Below, one piece after another: positions 8,458 to 17,793 of a stretch of 32,000 bases of DNA; position 1 is the stretch's first letter, and each line of letters opens with the position of its first letter. The position numbers and the translations under genes were made by a program. The notes beneath the pieces were generated by a model. The model saw only the letters and a list, made by a program, of their open reading frames with translations, searched no databases and was not told the origin of the DNA. The stretch is taken from contig NZ_CP019964.1 of the NCBI RefSeq assembly GCF_002214165.1, positions 240,001 to 272,000 of the forward strand, read 5' to 3'. Origin of the DNA: Candidatus Saccharimonadota bacterium (lineage in GTDB: Archaea; Micrarchaeota; Micrarchaeia; Micrarchaeales; Micrarchaeaceae).

Positions 8458-9291
8458 GTGATTATTTTGGTCGTTATAGATAATTCAAAACTCCATAAGC
8501 GCAAGAATAACAAGACTCCTAATAAAAGAAGCCAGTCTAAAAAAAATCAAAACAATACCATAAGAACCTCAAAATGGAAATACACACCAAAAGTAAAAAT
8601 AAATAAAAAGGCATTAAACCACGATAAAGAGGTATCGGAGAATATAAAGCTTAAAGATATAGCGATAAAGGTATTTGTAATAGAAGTAATAATTCTTTTT
8701 GTATTTAGTGCTGTTCCTATATCAAAATCTTATCAGAGTAAGCTAGTTTCATCATTTAATTCATTAGCAGGCCCAATATACAACCAGTCTTATCCAATGA
8801 TGGTATATAGCATAGCATCACACAATCTAGAGGTTGCCACATCTGAGCTTATCCCGGTAATAGGTCCTGCAGAGTTTGTATTATCATCTTCCATTACTGC
8901 AATAACCGCAGAAACATTGGGCAAGTCTGAGAATGCGTCAGTTCCAGGGCCTTTGCTGATGTTCGGACTATTCCTTTTGCCGGATACTTGGATAGAATTA
9001 ATTGCATATTCCGCAGCTGTCGCAGAAAGCATAATGCTTCTGCTTGCTATATTAAAAAAGACCTTCAAGCATGAGGTTAAGCGTGCTGTGTATGTATGGG
9101 TATTTATAGTAATAGACCTCTTTGTTGCAGCAAGCCTTGAATCTGGAGCTTTAGTGCTTAAAAATGTGGTCTACCTAATGATGCTTTGGATACCGGCATT
9201 TATCATAGTGGGATTATTCTTAGTTATAGCTAAAAAACTAAGAATATTCACGTATTCAAAGATAAGCAATCGGAGATTACAGAAATCTTGA
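8458..9291 (+). CDS. membrane protein, possibly SpoIIM/DUF95-like, with Lys/Asn-rich N-terminal tail
   Basis: Multiple TM segments. IASHNLEVATSELIPVIGP and FLLPDTWIELIAYSAAVAES loosely resemble the DUF95 motifs. The GTG start is uncertain. Confidence 0.35.
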   Translation: MIILVVIDNSKLHKRKNNKTPNKRSQSKKNQNNTIRTSKWKYTPKVKINKKALNHDKEVSENIKLKDIAIKVFVIEVIILFVFSAVPISKSYQSKLVSSFNSLAGPIYNQSYPMMVYSIASHNLEVATSELIPVIGPAEFVLSSSITAITAETLGKSENASVPGPLLMFGLFLLPDTWIELIAYSAAVAESIMLLLAILKKTFKHEVKRAVYVWVFIVIDLFVAASLESGALVLKNVVYLMMLWIPAFIIVGLFLVIAKKLRIFTYSKISNRRLQKS

Positions 9292-9483
9292 GTACACGAT
9301 ACAAACTTTCTCAATCCAAGCCTTTAAAATTATGGTTTATCCCAAAGTATAGATTTTCCTCACTCTAAGGAATTATTCATTTAGGTTGGTACATTGATCA
9401 TTTATATCAATACAAAATACGGCATAGTTTAGAAGCAGCTAAAATGAATTAAAATAAAAATTCTTCCTTCAAAATATATACTA

Positions 9484-11097
9484 ATGCTTAAGATAAACAT
9501 TGGAGAGGGATTTGATCTTAATGCCCAGATAGTTATGACTGGCAGAGGTTGTGTAATAGGACAAAGCGGATCGGGAAAGTCCTACCTTGTTGGAGTAATA
9601 TCAGAGGAACTTTGCAGAAACAACCTACCATTTATTATAATAGACACCGAAGGCGAATACCGTAACCTGAAGAGCAGATTTGATGCCATATGGGTAAGCA
9701 GCGACAAGGCATCTGACCTAAATTTTGAAGTAAACTATAGCGGTCTCCTTAGGAAGAGCATAGACGACTCTATTCCTATAATATTTGATGTATCTGATGA
9801 AAGCGATAGCTCTGGCCTTGTTTCAAAGGTACTTAACAAGCTTTACGAACTTGAAACTGAGATACACAAACCTTATTTGGTTATTGTAGAAGAAGCAGAC
9901 AAGTTTGCCCCACAAGTGGTAAGATCAAAGGAAATGAATATAATAGAAGAGCTTAGCGTTAGAGGAAGGAAAAGGGGAATAGGCTTGCTTATAGCTACAC
10001 AAAGGCCTGCAAACGTCAGCAAGAACGTACTTTCACAATGTTCCTATGGATTTATAGGACGCATGACTATACAGAATGATATAAATGCAATAGATATACT
10101 TTTGGAGGATGAAGAAAACAAGAAAATACTGACAAGGCTAAATGTAGGTGAATTCGTATCATTTGGGCTGGGATTTAATGGCATGGTAAGAGTAAAAGAG
10201 CGTGAGATAAGGCACATGGGAGAAACACCACCACTTTCAGTACAAAGAAAGATAAGCAGTTTTGATGACATAATAAACGATATAAGAAAGTCGGAAGGAT
10301 TAGTCCAAAAAGAGGTAGAATCAATTAAGGCAGACGAGCCAAAAAAGGTTCAGTACAAGAAAGAAGATGAAGATATAATTGAAGTTCAAATTATGGATTC
10401 AAGATATACAATTGATGATGCAAGGAAGTTTGCAGAAAGCAAGGCGAACAGCATAACAAATTTACTGCATAAATATGAAATAGAGTCGATAAAGAAGATA
10501 TACTTGCCTGCAATCTACTCAAAGCTGCACATACCTACCAAGGACAATTCTACAGTAAAAGAAGGTTACAGCTTGATCGCATTTAACGATTATATAATAA
10601 AGATAGACAAGGAAAGTTTGGAAATGTACAAAATGCCAAAATTAAATTATAAAAAGTCGGCATTAACCCCTCAAGAAAGTTCGTTGCTTTACAGCCTTAG
10701 AGGATACAAGAAGGCAACACCTAAAAAGATCTCAGAACTGAGCGGATCAGAAGAAAAAGAATCAAAGCATATGCTTAACCATTTGGTTGATGAGGGAATT
10801 TTGGATTTTGATGGCAAATACTACAGCCTGCCACCTATTGAAAATTCCTATTTCTATATTCCAATATCATTCAACAGTTCTTTTATAAGTTCAAACGATA
10901 TAGCGGGCAGCATAAAGCCTAGTGAAGCATACAAAAAGATAGGACTTATATTTGCAGGATGCAAGATTGAAAAGTCTGATACAGTTTATATGCCATTTTT
11001 CAAGGCAACATTCAGGAGAAAAAATAAGATAAAAACAATGCTAATGGACCCCATCGCGTTTAAAGATAGGTATAACGAATTCAAAAACTTTGTATGA
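9484..11097 (+). CDS. HerA/FtsK-type (DUF87) P-loop ATPase fused to a C-terminal winged-helix-containing region
   Basis: Walker A GQSGSGKS, Walker B LVIVEEADKF and LLIATQRPANV, as in HerA/FtsK ATPases. The C-terminal half contains a TrmB/MarR-like wHTH (LTPQESSLLYSLRGYKKATPKKISELSG...LNHLVDEGIL). Confidence 0.7.
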   Translation: MLKINIGEGFDLNAQIVMTGRGCVIGQSGSGKSYLVGVISEELCRNNLPFIIIDTEGEYRNLKSRFDAIWVSSDKASDLNFEVNYSGLLRKSIDDSIPIIFDVSDESDSSGLVSKVLNKLYELETEIHKPYLVIVEEADKFAPQVVRSKEMNIIEELSVRGRKRGIGLLIATQRPANVSKNVLSQCSYGFIGRMTIQNDINAIDILLEDEENKKILTRLNVGEFVSFGLGFNGMVRVKEREIRHMGETPPLSVQRKISSFDDIINDIRKSEGLVQKEVESIKADEPKKVQYKKEDEDIIEVQIMDSRYTIDDARKFAESKANSITNLLHKYEIESIKKIYLPAIYSKLHIPTKDNSTVKEGYSLIAFNDYIIKIDKESLEMYKMPKLNYKKSALTPQESSLLYSLRGYKKATPKKISELSGSEEKESKHMLNHLVDEGILDFDGKYYSLPPIENSYFYIPISFNSSFISSNDIAGSIKPSEAYKKIGLIFAGCKIEKSDTVYMPFFKATFRRKNKIKTMLMDPIAFKDRYNEFKNFV

Positions 11098-11203
11098 AAA
11101 TAGCATTGGCAGAAACTACCATTTCAATACCTAACCAAGAATAGAATTTAATATGATACATTTAAATAACTTTAACTCTCTATTTTTAGTGTAAAGTGAT
11201 TAC

Positions 11204-11638
11204 ATGATATCCGGTTTTGTAATATCAAAGGTAGACGGGAAGTTGGATTCAGTTGGAGATTTGGCAAACCAAAGGTTTCCTAAATTGAACATAAACTTCG
11301 ATTCTGTTGAAAAGGAAGACAAAAAACTAAAAGTTGATTACACATTCACAGCATCATACTCAAATAGTGAGAAAGAAAATTCAAAAGAAATTGGATCAAT
11401 TGGGCTGAGCGGGTACATTACGATAGAGGACACTGCCGAGAACATAGAAGCCGCAGTATCAAAGTGGAAAAGCAAGCACACTCTTCCAGTAAACATCGCA
11501 GAAGAGATTATAAATGGCCTTAACTTCAGGTGCAGTGCCACCGGAACTCTTATAGCTTACTCACTTGGGCTCATACCACCTCTTGTCATAAGTCAGACAA
11601 AGATAGAGGAACCCAAAGAAGAAGGATCTGCAAAATGA
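11204..11638 (+). CDS. hypothetical protein (144 aa)
   Basis: Clean ORF with AGTGA 4 nt upstream of the ATG. No motif recognised. Confidence 0.45.
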   Translation: MISGFVISKVDGKLDSVGDLANQRFPKLNINFDSVEKEDKKLKVDYTFTASYSNSEKENSKEIGSIGLSGYITIEDTAENIEAAVSKWKSKHTLPVNIAEEIINGLNFRCSATGTLIAYSLGLIPPLVISQTKIEEPKEEGSAK

Positions 11639-11705
11639 TCCTTCCTAATTTTTAAAGTATTATTTTTATACTTTGAATATCTAATCTTTATATTCAGATT
11701 TCAAA

Positions 11706-14174
11706 GTGATTAAATTGGAAGATAATGAAAAGCCTTATGGTAATTATGTCGACGGTGCGCTGCTGGATATAGACTACGTAATTCCCGAAGAAAATAAGGC
11801 TTGGATAAGGTTTTCCGTAAAAGGTACAGATGGCAAGAATTACTTGTTTTATGATAAAAAATTTGTTCCTTACTTTTACTTTATACCTGATACCAAAATA
11901 GGGGTTGAAGAGATAAAAAAGTTAAAAGCCCAAGCAGGCGGACAGATAAAGGTGCCTTCAAGAGTGGAGAAAGAGACAAAGGCTTTATTTGGAAAGCCAA
12001 CAGCCGTATTTAAAGTAGTAACGGATATACCTACAGATGTATCCGCTTTTGCTGATTCTTTCAAAAAGTTTGGGAGATGCTATGAATATGATATACCATT
12101 TGGCAGGAGATACCTAATAGACAATAACATAATCCCACTTATCAATTACAGGTTTTACCTTAAAGATGACGACTTGGTCAAAGTGGAGCCATTAGAAGAC
12201 AAGAAATCAGAGGTAAAACTGAATTACCTTTGCTTTGATATAGAAACTTATAACCCTCATGGGATGTCAAGGCCCGAAGTTGACCCTGTGATAATGATAA
12301 GCTATAGCTACCATTCAAATGATTCTGATGGAAATGGTGTCATAACCACAAAGAAGGTAAACCTACCTTATGTAACATATGTTGAGAAGGAAGAGCAGCT
12401 CTTTTCAGAATTTGAAAATCTGTTGGACAAGCTTGACATAGATATAGTTACAGGTTATAACTCGGCCACATTTGATGTCAGGTACATGCTTGACAGAGCC
12501 AAGGCGCTGAAAATAAAATTCAATATGGCAAGGTACAAGGACAGAGAAACAAGGATAGAAAGATATGGACTGGCAGAGAAAGTAAGGATTGCGGGGAGAG
12601 TGCATGTTGACACATACTTGGTTGTAAAGTTCATAGCAGTTGTAGGGGCGGCTGAATATATACTTAAATTGGACAACTTCAAGCTAAAAACAGTATACGA
12701 TGCAGTATCAGGAGACACAAAGCACAATGTTGAGAAATTAGACATATGGAAGTTATGGGACAATGGAGGAGAGGATCTTTTAGAGCTTACAAAGTATAAT
12801 CTAAGCGATTCGGAATCGCTCAGGAAGGTCTATGAAACATTCATACCTATAATGATAGAGCTTACAAGGACTACAGGCAATGTGCTCTCAGACATAGCTG
12901 TCTCAACAACAGGGCAGATGGTCGAATTTATGCTGATGAGATATGCACAGGAATTCGGGGAGCTCATACCAAACAAGCCAAGCTCAGAGGATATACGCAA
13001 GAGAGCCATGGAGCCGGTGGTAGGTGCATATGTGGTTACCCCCGAACCTGGAATATACTCAAATATTGCAATATTTGATTTTAGAGGATTATACCCATCA
13101 ATCATAATATCCCATAATATAGACCCTTCATCCATATGCGATGGCAGCAATGAGAATTATTGCAAGGACGTATATGAATCTCCAACAGGCACCAAGTTTT
13201 CGAAGACTAGAAAAAGTATAATGCCAACAATACTACTTATACTGATAAACCAAAGGGCTGAAGTAAAGAAGCTTTACAAGCTGGACAAAGACAACATACT
13301 CCTTGGATCAAGGTCGCAGGCGCTTAAAATAGTATCAAATTCATTTTACGGTTATATGGGTTACATAAGATCTAGGTGGTACTCAAGGGAATGTGCTGGC
13401 AGCGTCACAGCATACGGAAGGGAATACATACACAAGCTGAAGGATTTGGCCGAAAGCAAAGGGTTTAAGGTAATATATGGTGATACCGATTCGATAATGT
13501 TCCTTTTAGGCAATAAAACCAAGGACGATGCGATGAAGTTCCTTTCAGATTATAATGCCACATTGCCCGAAGGAATGAACTTGGAGCTTGAGGATTTCTA
13601 TACAAGAGGCGTATTTGTAGGCAAGAAGATCCAAAAGGGCACCACAGGGGCAAAGAAGAAATACGCGATGCTGTCAGAAAGCGGCAAGATAAAGATTAGG
13701 GGATTCGAATTGGTGCGCAGGGACTGGTCAAAGGTAGCACGCGATACACAGCTTAAAGTTTTAAACGAGATACTAAAGGAAGGAGACGCAAAGAAAGCAG
13801 TAGACATAGTCCGGGATGTCATAGCAAAGATAAGAGAAGGCAATATGCCAATAAAAGAATTTGCAATAATCACGCAGCTTAGAAAGTCCATAAAAAATTA
13901 TACGTCCAAATCCCCAGAGCTCGTAGCAGCAAAGAAAGCAATAGACCAAGGATTGAAGACAGAAGACGATTTAAAGGATTCCGTGATAACTTACGTGATA
14001 ACAAAGGACGGTGCATCAATATCAGATAAGGCTTCCCTGCTGGAATTTGCAAAGAGCTATGACCCTGAATATTACATAAACCACCAGATACTCCCAGCCA
14101 CGCTGAAGATATTGAAGGAGCTTGGCTATGATGAGGATTACATCAAGAACCTCGGCACGCAGAAGAAACTTTAA
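11706..14174 (+). CDS. polB: family B DNA polymerase
   Basis: Exo I FDIETYN, Exo II NSATFDVRYM, Exo III YNLSDSES, motif A DFRGLYPSIIISHNI, motif B KIVSNSFYGYMGY, motif C YGDTDS. GTG start. No intein-sized insertion. Confidence 0.95.
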   Translation: MIKLEDNEKPYGNYVDGALLDIDYVIPEENKAWIRFSVKGTDGKNYLFYDKKFVPYFYFIPDTKIGVEEIKKLKAQAGGQIKVPSRVEKETKALFGKPTAVFKVVTDIPTDVSAFADSFKKFGRCYEYDIPFGRRYLIDNNIIPLINYRFYLKDDDLVKVEPLEDKKSEVKLNYLCFDIETYNPHGMSRPEVDPVIMISYSYHSNDSDGNGVITTKKVNLPYVTYVEKEEQLFSEFENLLDKLDIDIVTGYNSATFDVRYMLDRAKALKIKFNMARYKDRETRIERYGLAEKVRIAGRVHVDTYLVVKFIAVVGAAEYILKLDNFKLKTVYDAVSGDTKHNVEKLDIWKLWDNGGEDLLELTKYNLSDSESLRKVYETFIPIMIELTRTTGNVLSDIAVSTTGQMVEFMLMRYAQEFGELIPNKPSSEDIRKRAMEPVVGAYVVTPEPGIYSNIAIFDFRGLYPSIIISHNIDPSSICDGSNENYCKDVYESPTGTKFSKTRKSIMPTILLILINQRAEVKKLYKLDKDNILLGSRSQALKIVSNSFYGYMGYIRSRWYSRECAGSVTAYGREYIHKLKDLAESKGFKVIYGDTDSIMFLLGNKTKDDAMKFLSDYNATLPEGMNLELEDFYTRGVFVGKKIQKGTTGAKKKYAMLSESGKIKIRGFELVRRDWSKVARDTQLKVLNEILKEGDAKKAVDIVRDVIAKIREGNMPIKEFAIITQLRKSIKNYTSKSPELVAAKKAIDQGLKTEDDLKDSVITYVITKDGASISDKASLLEFAKSYDPEYYINHQILPATLKILKELGYDEDYIKNLGTQKKL

Positions 14175-14563
14175 CCAAAAATCTCAAATTTCATTTGGTA
14201 CCTTGGTAATCCAGTTTCCTTGTCCTTTTTCATAAGCCTAAGTACAGGATTCACCTTTAGCCCTATCTTAGGCAGAATTCCGGAATCCACAAGAATGCCG
14301 CTTACCTTTGGTCCTTCATCAAGCTTCGCAACAACAGCGTAATAGCTAACCTTGTCGCTAAAATCTTCGGGAGGTACCATTATCCGAGTATAAGAGTAAA
14401 TTTCACCATTACCTGACAGTTTCTTATCGGTCATCTCGGTGCTTCCACAATCCTTGCATACTTTCCTCTTCGGGAAGTAAACCTTGTGGCATTTGCTGCA
14501 TTCATTGCCAACGAAATTAAGCTTTTCGCTGTCCTCCCTGTAATTATACATCGGTTCTTTCAT
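14171..14563 (-). CDS. DUF35 family Zn-ribbon/OB-fold protein (thiolase/HMGCS-complex subunit type)
   Basis: CSKCHKVYFPKRKVCKDCGS zinc ribbon followed by an OB-like C-terminus. The gene abuts the thiolase stop. Confidence 0.85.
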   Translation of the reverse strand: MKEPMYNYREDSEKLNFVGNECSKCHKVYFPKRKVCKDCGSTEMTDKKLSGNGEIYSYTRIMVPPEDFSDKVSYYAVVAKLDEGPKVSGILVDSGILPKIGLKVNPVLRLMKKDKETGLPRYQMKFEIFG

Positions 14564-15727
14564 TCAATCCCCTCTTTTAAGTATATTCACCACTGCAGTG
14601 CTTCCGCTTCCCCCTACATTGTGGGTAAGACCTATCATTGCATTACTCACCTGCCTGCCCTCCGCTTCTCCCCTAAGCTGCCATACAATCTCAACTGCCT
14701 GCTTTATCCCCGTAGCGCCTACAGGATGGCCGCAGCCTTTCAAGCCACCGCTGGTGTTTACCGATATCCTTCCGTTCAATCCAGTTTCTCCGTCAAATAT
14801 TGCTTTTGCTGCCTCCCCTTTCTTGTAAAATCCCAAATCCTCCATTGCCATTATCTCTGCTATAGTAAAGCAGTCGTGAACTTCTGCCACATTTACATCC
14901 GAAGGCTTTATCCTTGCTTGGGAATAAGCTTTTTCTGCTGCTATCCTTGCAGCCTTTATGCTTGTTATATCATCCCTGTCAGCAAGCCTAAGAGTGTCGC
15001 TTGCCTGTGCGCTTCCGGATATTATTATGGGAGTATCAGTGTACTTCTTCGCATCATCAGCAGGCACCATTATCAGCGAAGCAGATCCGTCAGATATAGG
15101 GGAGCAGTCGTACAGCTTCAAAGGGTCGGCTATCATCTTCGATTTCATCACATCGTCTATGCTTATGATCTTGTGAAAGTGCGCATACTTGTTCTTGTAA
15201 GCATTGGCATGGTTCTTAACTGCTACAGACGCCATCTGCTCCTCTGTTGTTCCGTAGTCATGCATGTGCCTTCTTGCCATCAGCGCATATAATCCTGGAA
15301 AAGTTATCCCGTCATCCAGCTCCCAGCTTTTGTCTCCGGCCCCACCCAACCCAGTAGTTGCTTCCGAAGTCGAAACATCTGTCATCTTCTCTATTCCCAA
15401 TGCCATTACCCTGTCGTGCATGCCGCTTGCAACTGCAATATAAGCCTGCCTGAATGCCGTCCCTCCGCTTGCGCATGCGTTTTCGACTTTCAATGCGGGC
15501 ACGTTTGAAAGTGCCAGTTCATCGGCAACCAATGCTCCCACATGCTCCTGCTCGGTAAGTCTTCCAGATGCCATATTACCAACATAAAGCGCATCTATGT
15601 CCTTGTTTGACATGCCTGCATCTTGGAAGGAGGCAATGCCTGCTTCGGATACAAGATTCCTTAAGCTTGCATCGTACCTCTCACCGAACTTTGTCAACCC
15701 TACTCCAACTATAGCAACCTTTCTCAA
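14564..15727 (-). CDS. acetyl-CoA C-acetyltransferase (archaeal SCP-x-type thiolase)
   Basis: VENACASGG nucleophile motif, HDCF, GGLKGCGHPVGATG. I chose the TTG at 15727 (MRKVAIVGVG) because GGTGA (15732-15736) lies 4 nt upstream. The track start is TTG at 15742. Confidence 0.9.
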   Translation of the reverse strand: MRKVAIVGVGLTKFGERYDASLRNLVSEAGIASFQDAGMSNKDIDALYVGNMASGRLTEQEHVGALVADELALSNVPALKVENACASGGTAFRQAYIAVASGMHDRVMALGIEKMTDVSTSEATTGLGGAGDKSWELDDGITFPGLYALMARRHMHDYGTTEEQMASVAVKNHANAYKNKYAHFHKIISIDDVMKSKMIADPLKLYDCSPISDGSASLIMVPADDAKKYTDTPIIISGSAQASDTLRLADRDDITSIKAARIAAEKAYSQARIKPSDVNVAEVHDCFTIAEIMAMEDLGFYKKGEAAKAIFDGETGLNGRISVNTSGGLKGCGHPVGATGIKQAVEIVWQLRGEAEGRQVSNAMIGLTHNVGGSGSTAVVNILKRGD

Positions 15728-15731
15728 TAAA

Positions 15732-16772
15732 TCACCATTCAATCCTTGCCTTTCTGCTCTTTAAGTAATCAAAATAATTAAGGTACCTGCCACCATCAAG
15801 CATGCTTCTTACACTATTCTTTGGATTTGACTTTTTGTTTACCTTTATAGCTATAGCATCGCTTCCAAATCCCTGCGAATAAGAAGACAATAATATAAGG
15901 TCACCCGAATCGGATGACTCCAAGGCATTTGCAAGTGCAACCATCTCCGCGGTAGATCCCGAATCTCCTGTGTTCTTCAATATCGAATTTGCTTCAAGCT
16001 GCTCCGAGGTAAAGCCAAGCTGCTTTGCAGTGTTAAGCATCTGTCCAGTGTTCGCTTGGCTGAATATTACTTGCTTGAAGTCCGAAGCTTTAAGCCCAAG
16101 CTTGCCAAATAATCCCGAAACCGCCTTTGATATATGGTTTGCATATCCCAATTGCGAGCCAAATCTGCCAGATGAAAAACTAAGCATCTTTTCTCCGGAC
16201 TTTATGGACCATTCATCCTTGACATCAGAGTTGAACGAGTAAAATCCCAAGATATCTGCAATTCCTTCATCTGATTTTGATAATATGAACGAATTGCTCG
16301 CTGATGATCCTCTGTATCCGCTAGCTTCGCCTTCTTTTCCAATAAGGTTTCCCGCTGCAACAACCAATCCGGACTTTACCAATCCAGAATCAATCAACCC
16401 ATCCATTAGGATTATGCTTGTTGTTGCGGATTTATGCGATGGGCCTATATCGGAAGCCAAAATGCCATTGTCCAGATTAAGCGCACTTATAAGAGCAGGA
16501 GAGATCTCCATACCTTTTTCAACATCTGAGTCAAACCCTATTAAAATCCCGTCTATGTCTCCATTTCCTTTATCGTGAAAAGAATCAATAGCAGCATTCG
16601 CAGATTCAAATGACATCGTAAGCAGGTCTTCATCTTCTGATGCAAACGCCTTTTCGATCATTCCTGTTGATTTTTCCATCTCGCTTCCAGATGCATTCCA
16701 GGATGCAGCTATATCCGTTATCCTTATTTTGCTCTTTGGTATATAAGTACCGTAACTGACTATGCTAGCCAT
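15732..16772 (-). CDS. HMG-CoA synthase-like (KAS-III fold) protein lacking any cysteine
   Basis: Archaeal HMGCS-like landmarks are present (IVSYGTYIPKSKI, VVAAGN, SYSQGFGSDAIAI), and the gene occupies the operon position upstream of the thiolase and DUF35 genes. I preferred the ATG at 16772 (MASIVSYG) over the track's TTG at 16802. A TATAAAT lies about 30 nt upstream. Confidence 0.75.
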   Translation of the reverse strand: MASIVSYGTYIPKSKIRITDIAASWNASGSEMEKSTGMIEKAFASEDEDLLTMSFESANAAIDSFHDKGNGDIDGILIGFDSDVEKGMEISPALISALNLDNGILASDIGPSHKSATTSIILMDGLIDSGLVKSGLVVAAGNLIGKEGEASGYRGSSASNSFILSKSDEGIADILGFYSFNSDVKDEWSIKSGEKMLSFSSGRFGSQLGYANHISKAVSGLFGKLGLKASDFKQVIFSQANTGQMLNTAKQLGFTSEQLEANSILKNTGDSGSTAEMVALANALESSDSGDLILLSSYSQGFGSDAIAIKVNKKSNPKNSVRSMLDGGRYLNYFDYLKSRKARIEW

Positions 16773-17162
16773 ATAAACATCATATCTAATTATTGCTTTC
16801 AATTTATACTTGATAAGGCAGTATTAGACATTTGGCGAATTGTAATTCGTCAATTATTTAGATGCAATCTTCAATATAAAACCATAAAACTAGAACAAAT
16901 TTACGATAAAAATTAGGTTAACTTGTTTTTATTGCTTCTATAGATTTTGAGGCTACCTTAAGGTTACAAGAATCGTGGCTGCTGCACCATTGCTGGCATT
17001 TTTATGCATCTGATTTATCCACATAATGCAGTTTGCATATCTCACATTGAAAATAATCTCCGTCTTTCTTTACTATGTTACCACCTACAATATAAATTTA
17101 GAGCAATAAATAACTTTATGCAAAACTTTAAAGAATAACTAAAAATAAGCAGTTTTGATAAA

Positions 17163-17738
17163 ATGCCGAAATATTATACAGGTTTAGGGGATAATGAAAT
17201 CTCAACCATTGGAGGCTCAAGTTTAAGCAAATCCGATAGCCTTTTAGAAATAATCGGAAATTTGGATGAGTTAAACTCTAAATTAGGCACACTTATGGCA
17301 TTTATAAATTCAGATTCGGATAGCATCTATGAGCTTGACGATATTAATATAAAGGAAATGCTGTTGAAAGTGCAGAACAAGATCTTCTCGATAAATGCCG
17401 AGTTCATAAGCACAGTAAATCCAATTTTCAAGCCAAAGAATTTAATTTCAGAATCCGATACAAAAGAGCTCGAATCCAATATCAGCATTTTGTCTTCAAA
17501 ATTCCCAGATCTTAAAACTTTTGTTCTACCTGGAGGAAGCATACAGGGAGCATTGACAGATGAGGCAAGGACATTATGCAGAAGATGCGAAAGATCGATA
17601 GCAAAGAAATTTGATTATAATTCAATAATAAACCGCAGTATATTTTCATATGTAAACAGACTGTCTTCACTGCTGTTTGTATTAGAGCTTTACATAAATC
17701 ACAAGAAGGGAAGCCAACCAATTCCTCCAAAATACTGA
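17163..17738 (+). CDS. PduO-type ATP:cob(I)alamin adenosyltransferase
   Basis: IGNLDELNSKLG, FVLPGGSIQGALTDEARTLCRRCERS and YVNRLSSLLF match the PduO/MMAB family pattern. Confidence 0.8.
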   Translation: MPKYYTGLGDNEISTIGGSSLSKSDSLLEIIGNLDELNSKLGTLMAFINSDSDSIYELDDINIKEMLLKVQNKIFSINAEFISTVNPIFKPKNLISESDTKELESNISILSSKFPDLKTFVLPGGSIQGALTDEARTLCRRCERSIAKKFDYNSIINRSIFSYVNRLSSLLFVLELYINHKKGSQPIPPKY

Positions 17739-17793
17739 ATCAATGCAACAGGTTTAGAAATAAATAAATATTATCGAACTTATAACTGATTAT

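Noticed and set aside
14171-14174. Overlapping convergent stop codons (TTAA shared by polB and DUF35; a similar TTAG at 6607-6610)
   Set aside because: This is a real feature, but it is a common consequence of compact archaeal genomes. Nothing suggests a special function.
14486-15292. 268-aa plus-strand ORF, plus shorter ones at 14598-14828 and 14958-15176
   Set aside because: It is entirely antisense to the well-supported thiolase gene. The translation is Cys/His/Tyr-rich nonsense. Long antisense ORFs are expected in the relatively GC-rich, stop-poor opposite strand.
17001-17099. 31-codon open stretch on the minus strand ending ...DGDYFQCEICKLHYVDKSDA, which looks like half a zinc ribbon
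   Set aside because: There is only one CxxC pair. No ATG, GTG or TTG start lies between the flanking stops, and there is no SD.
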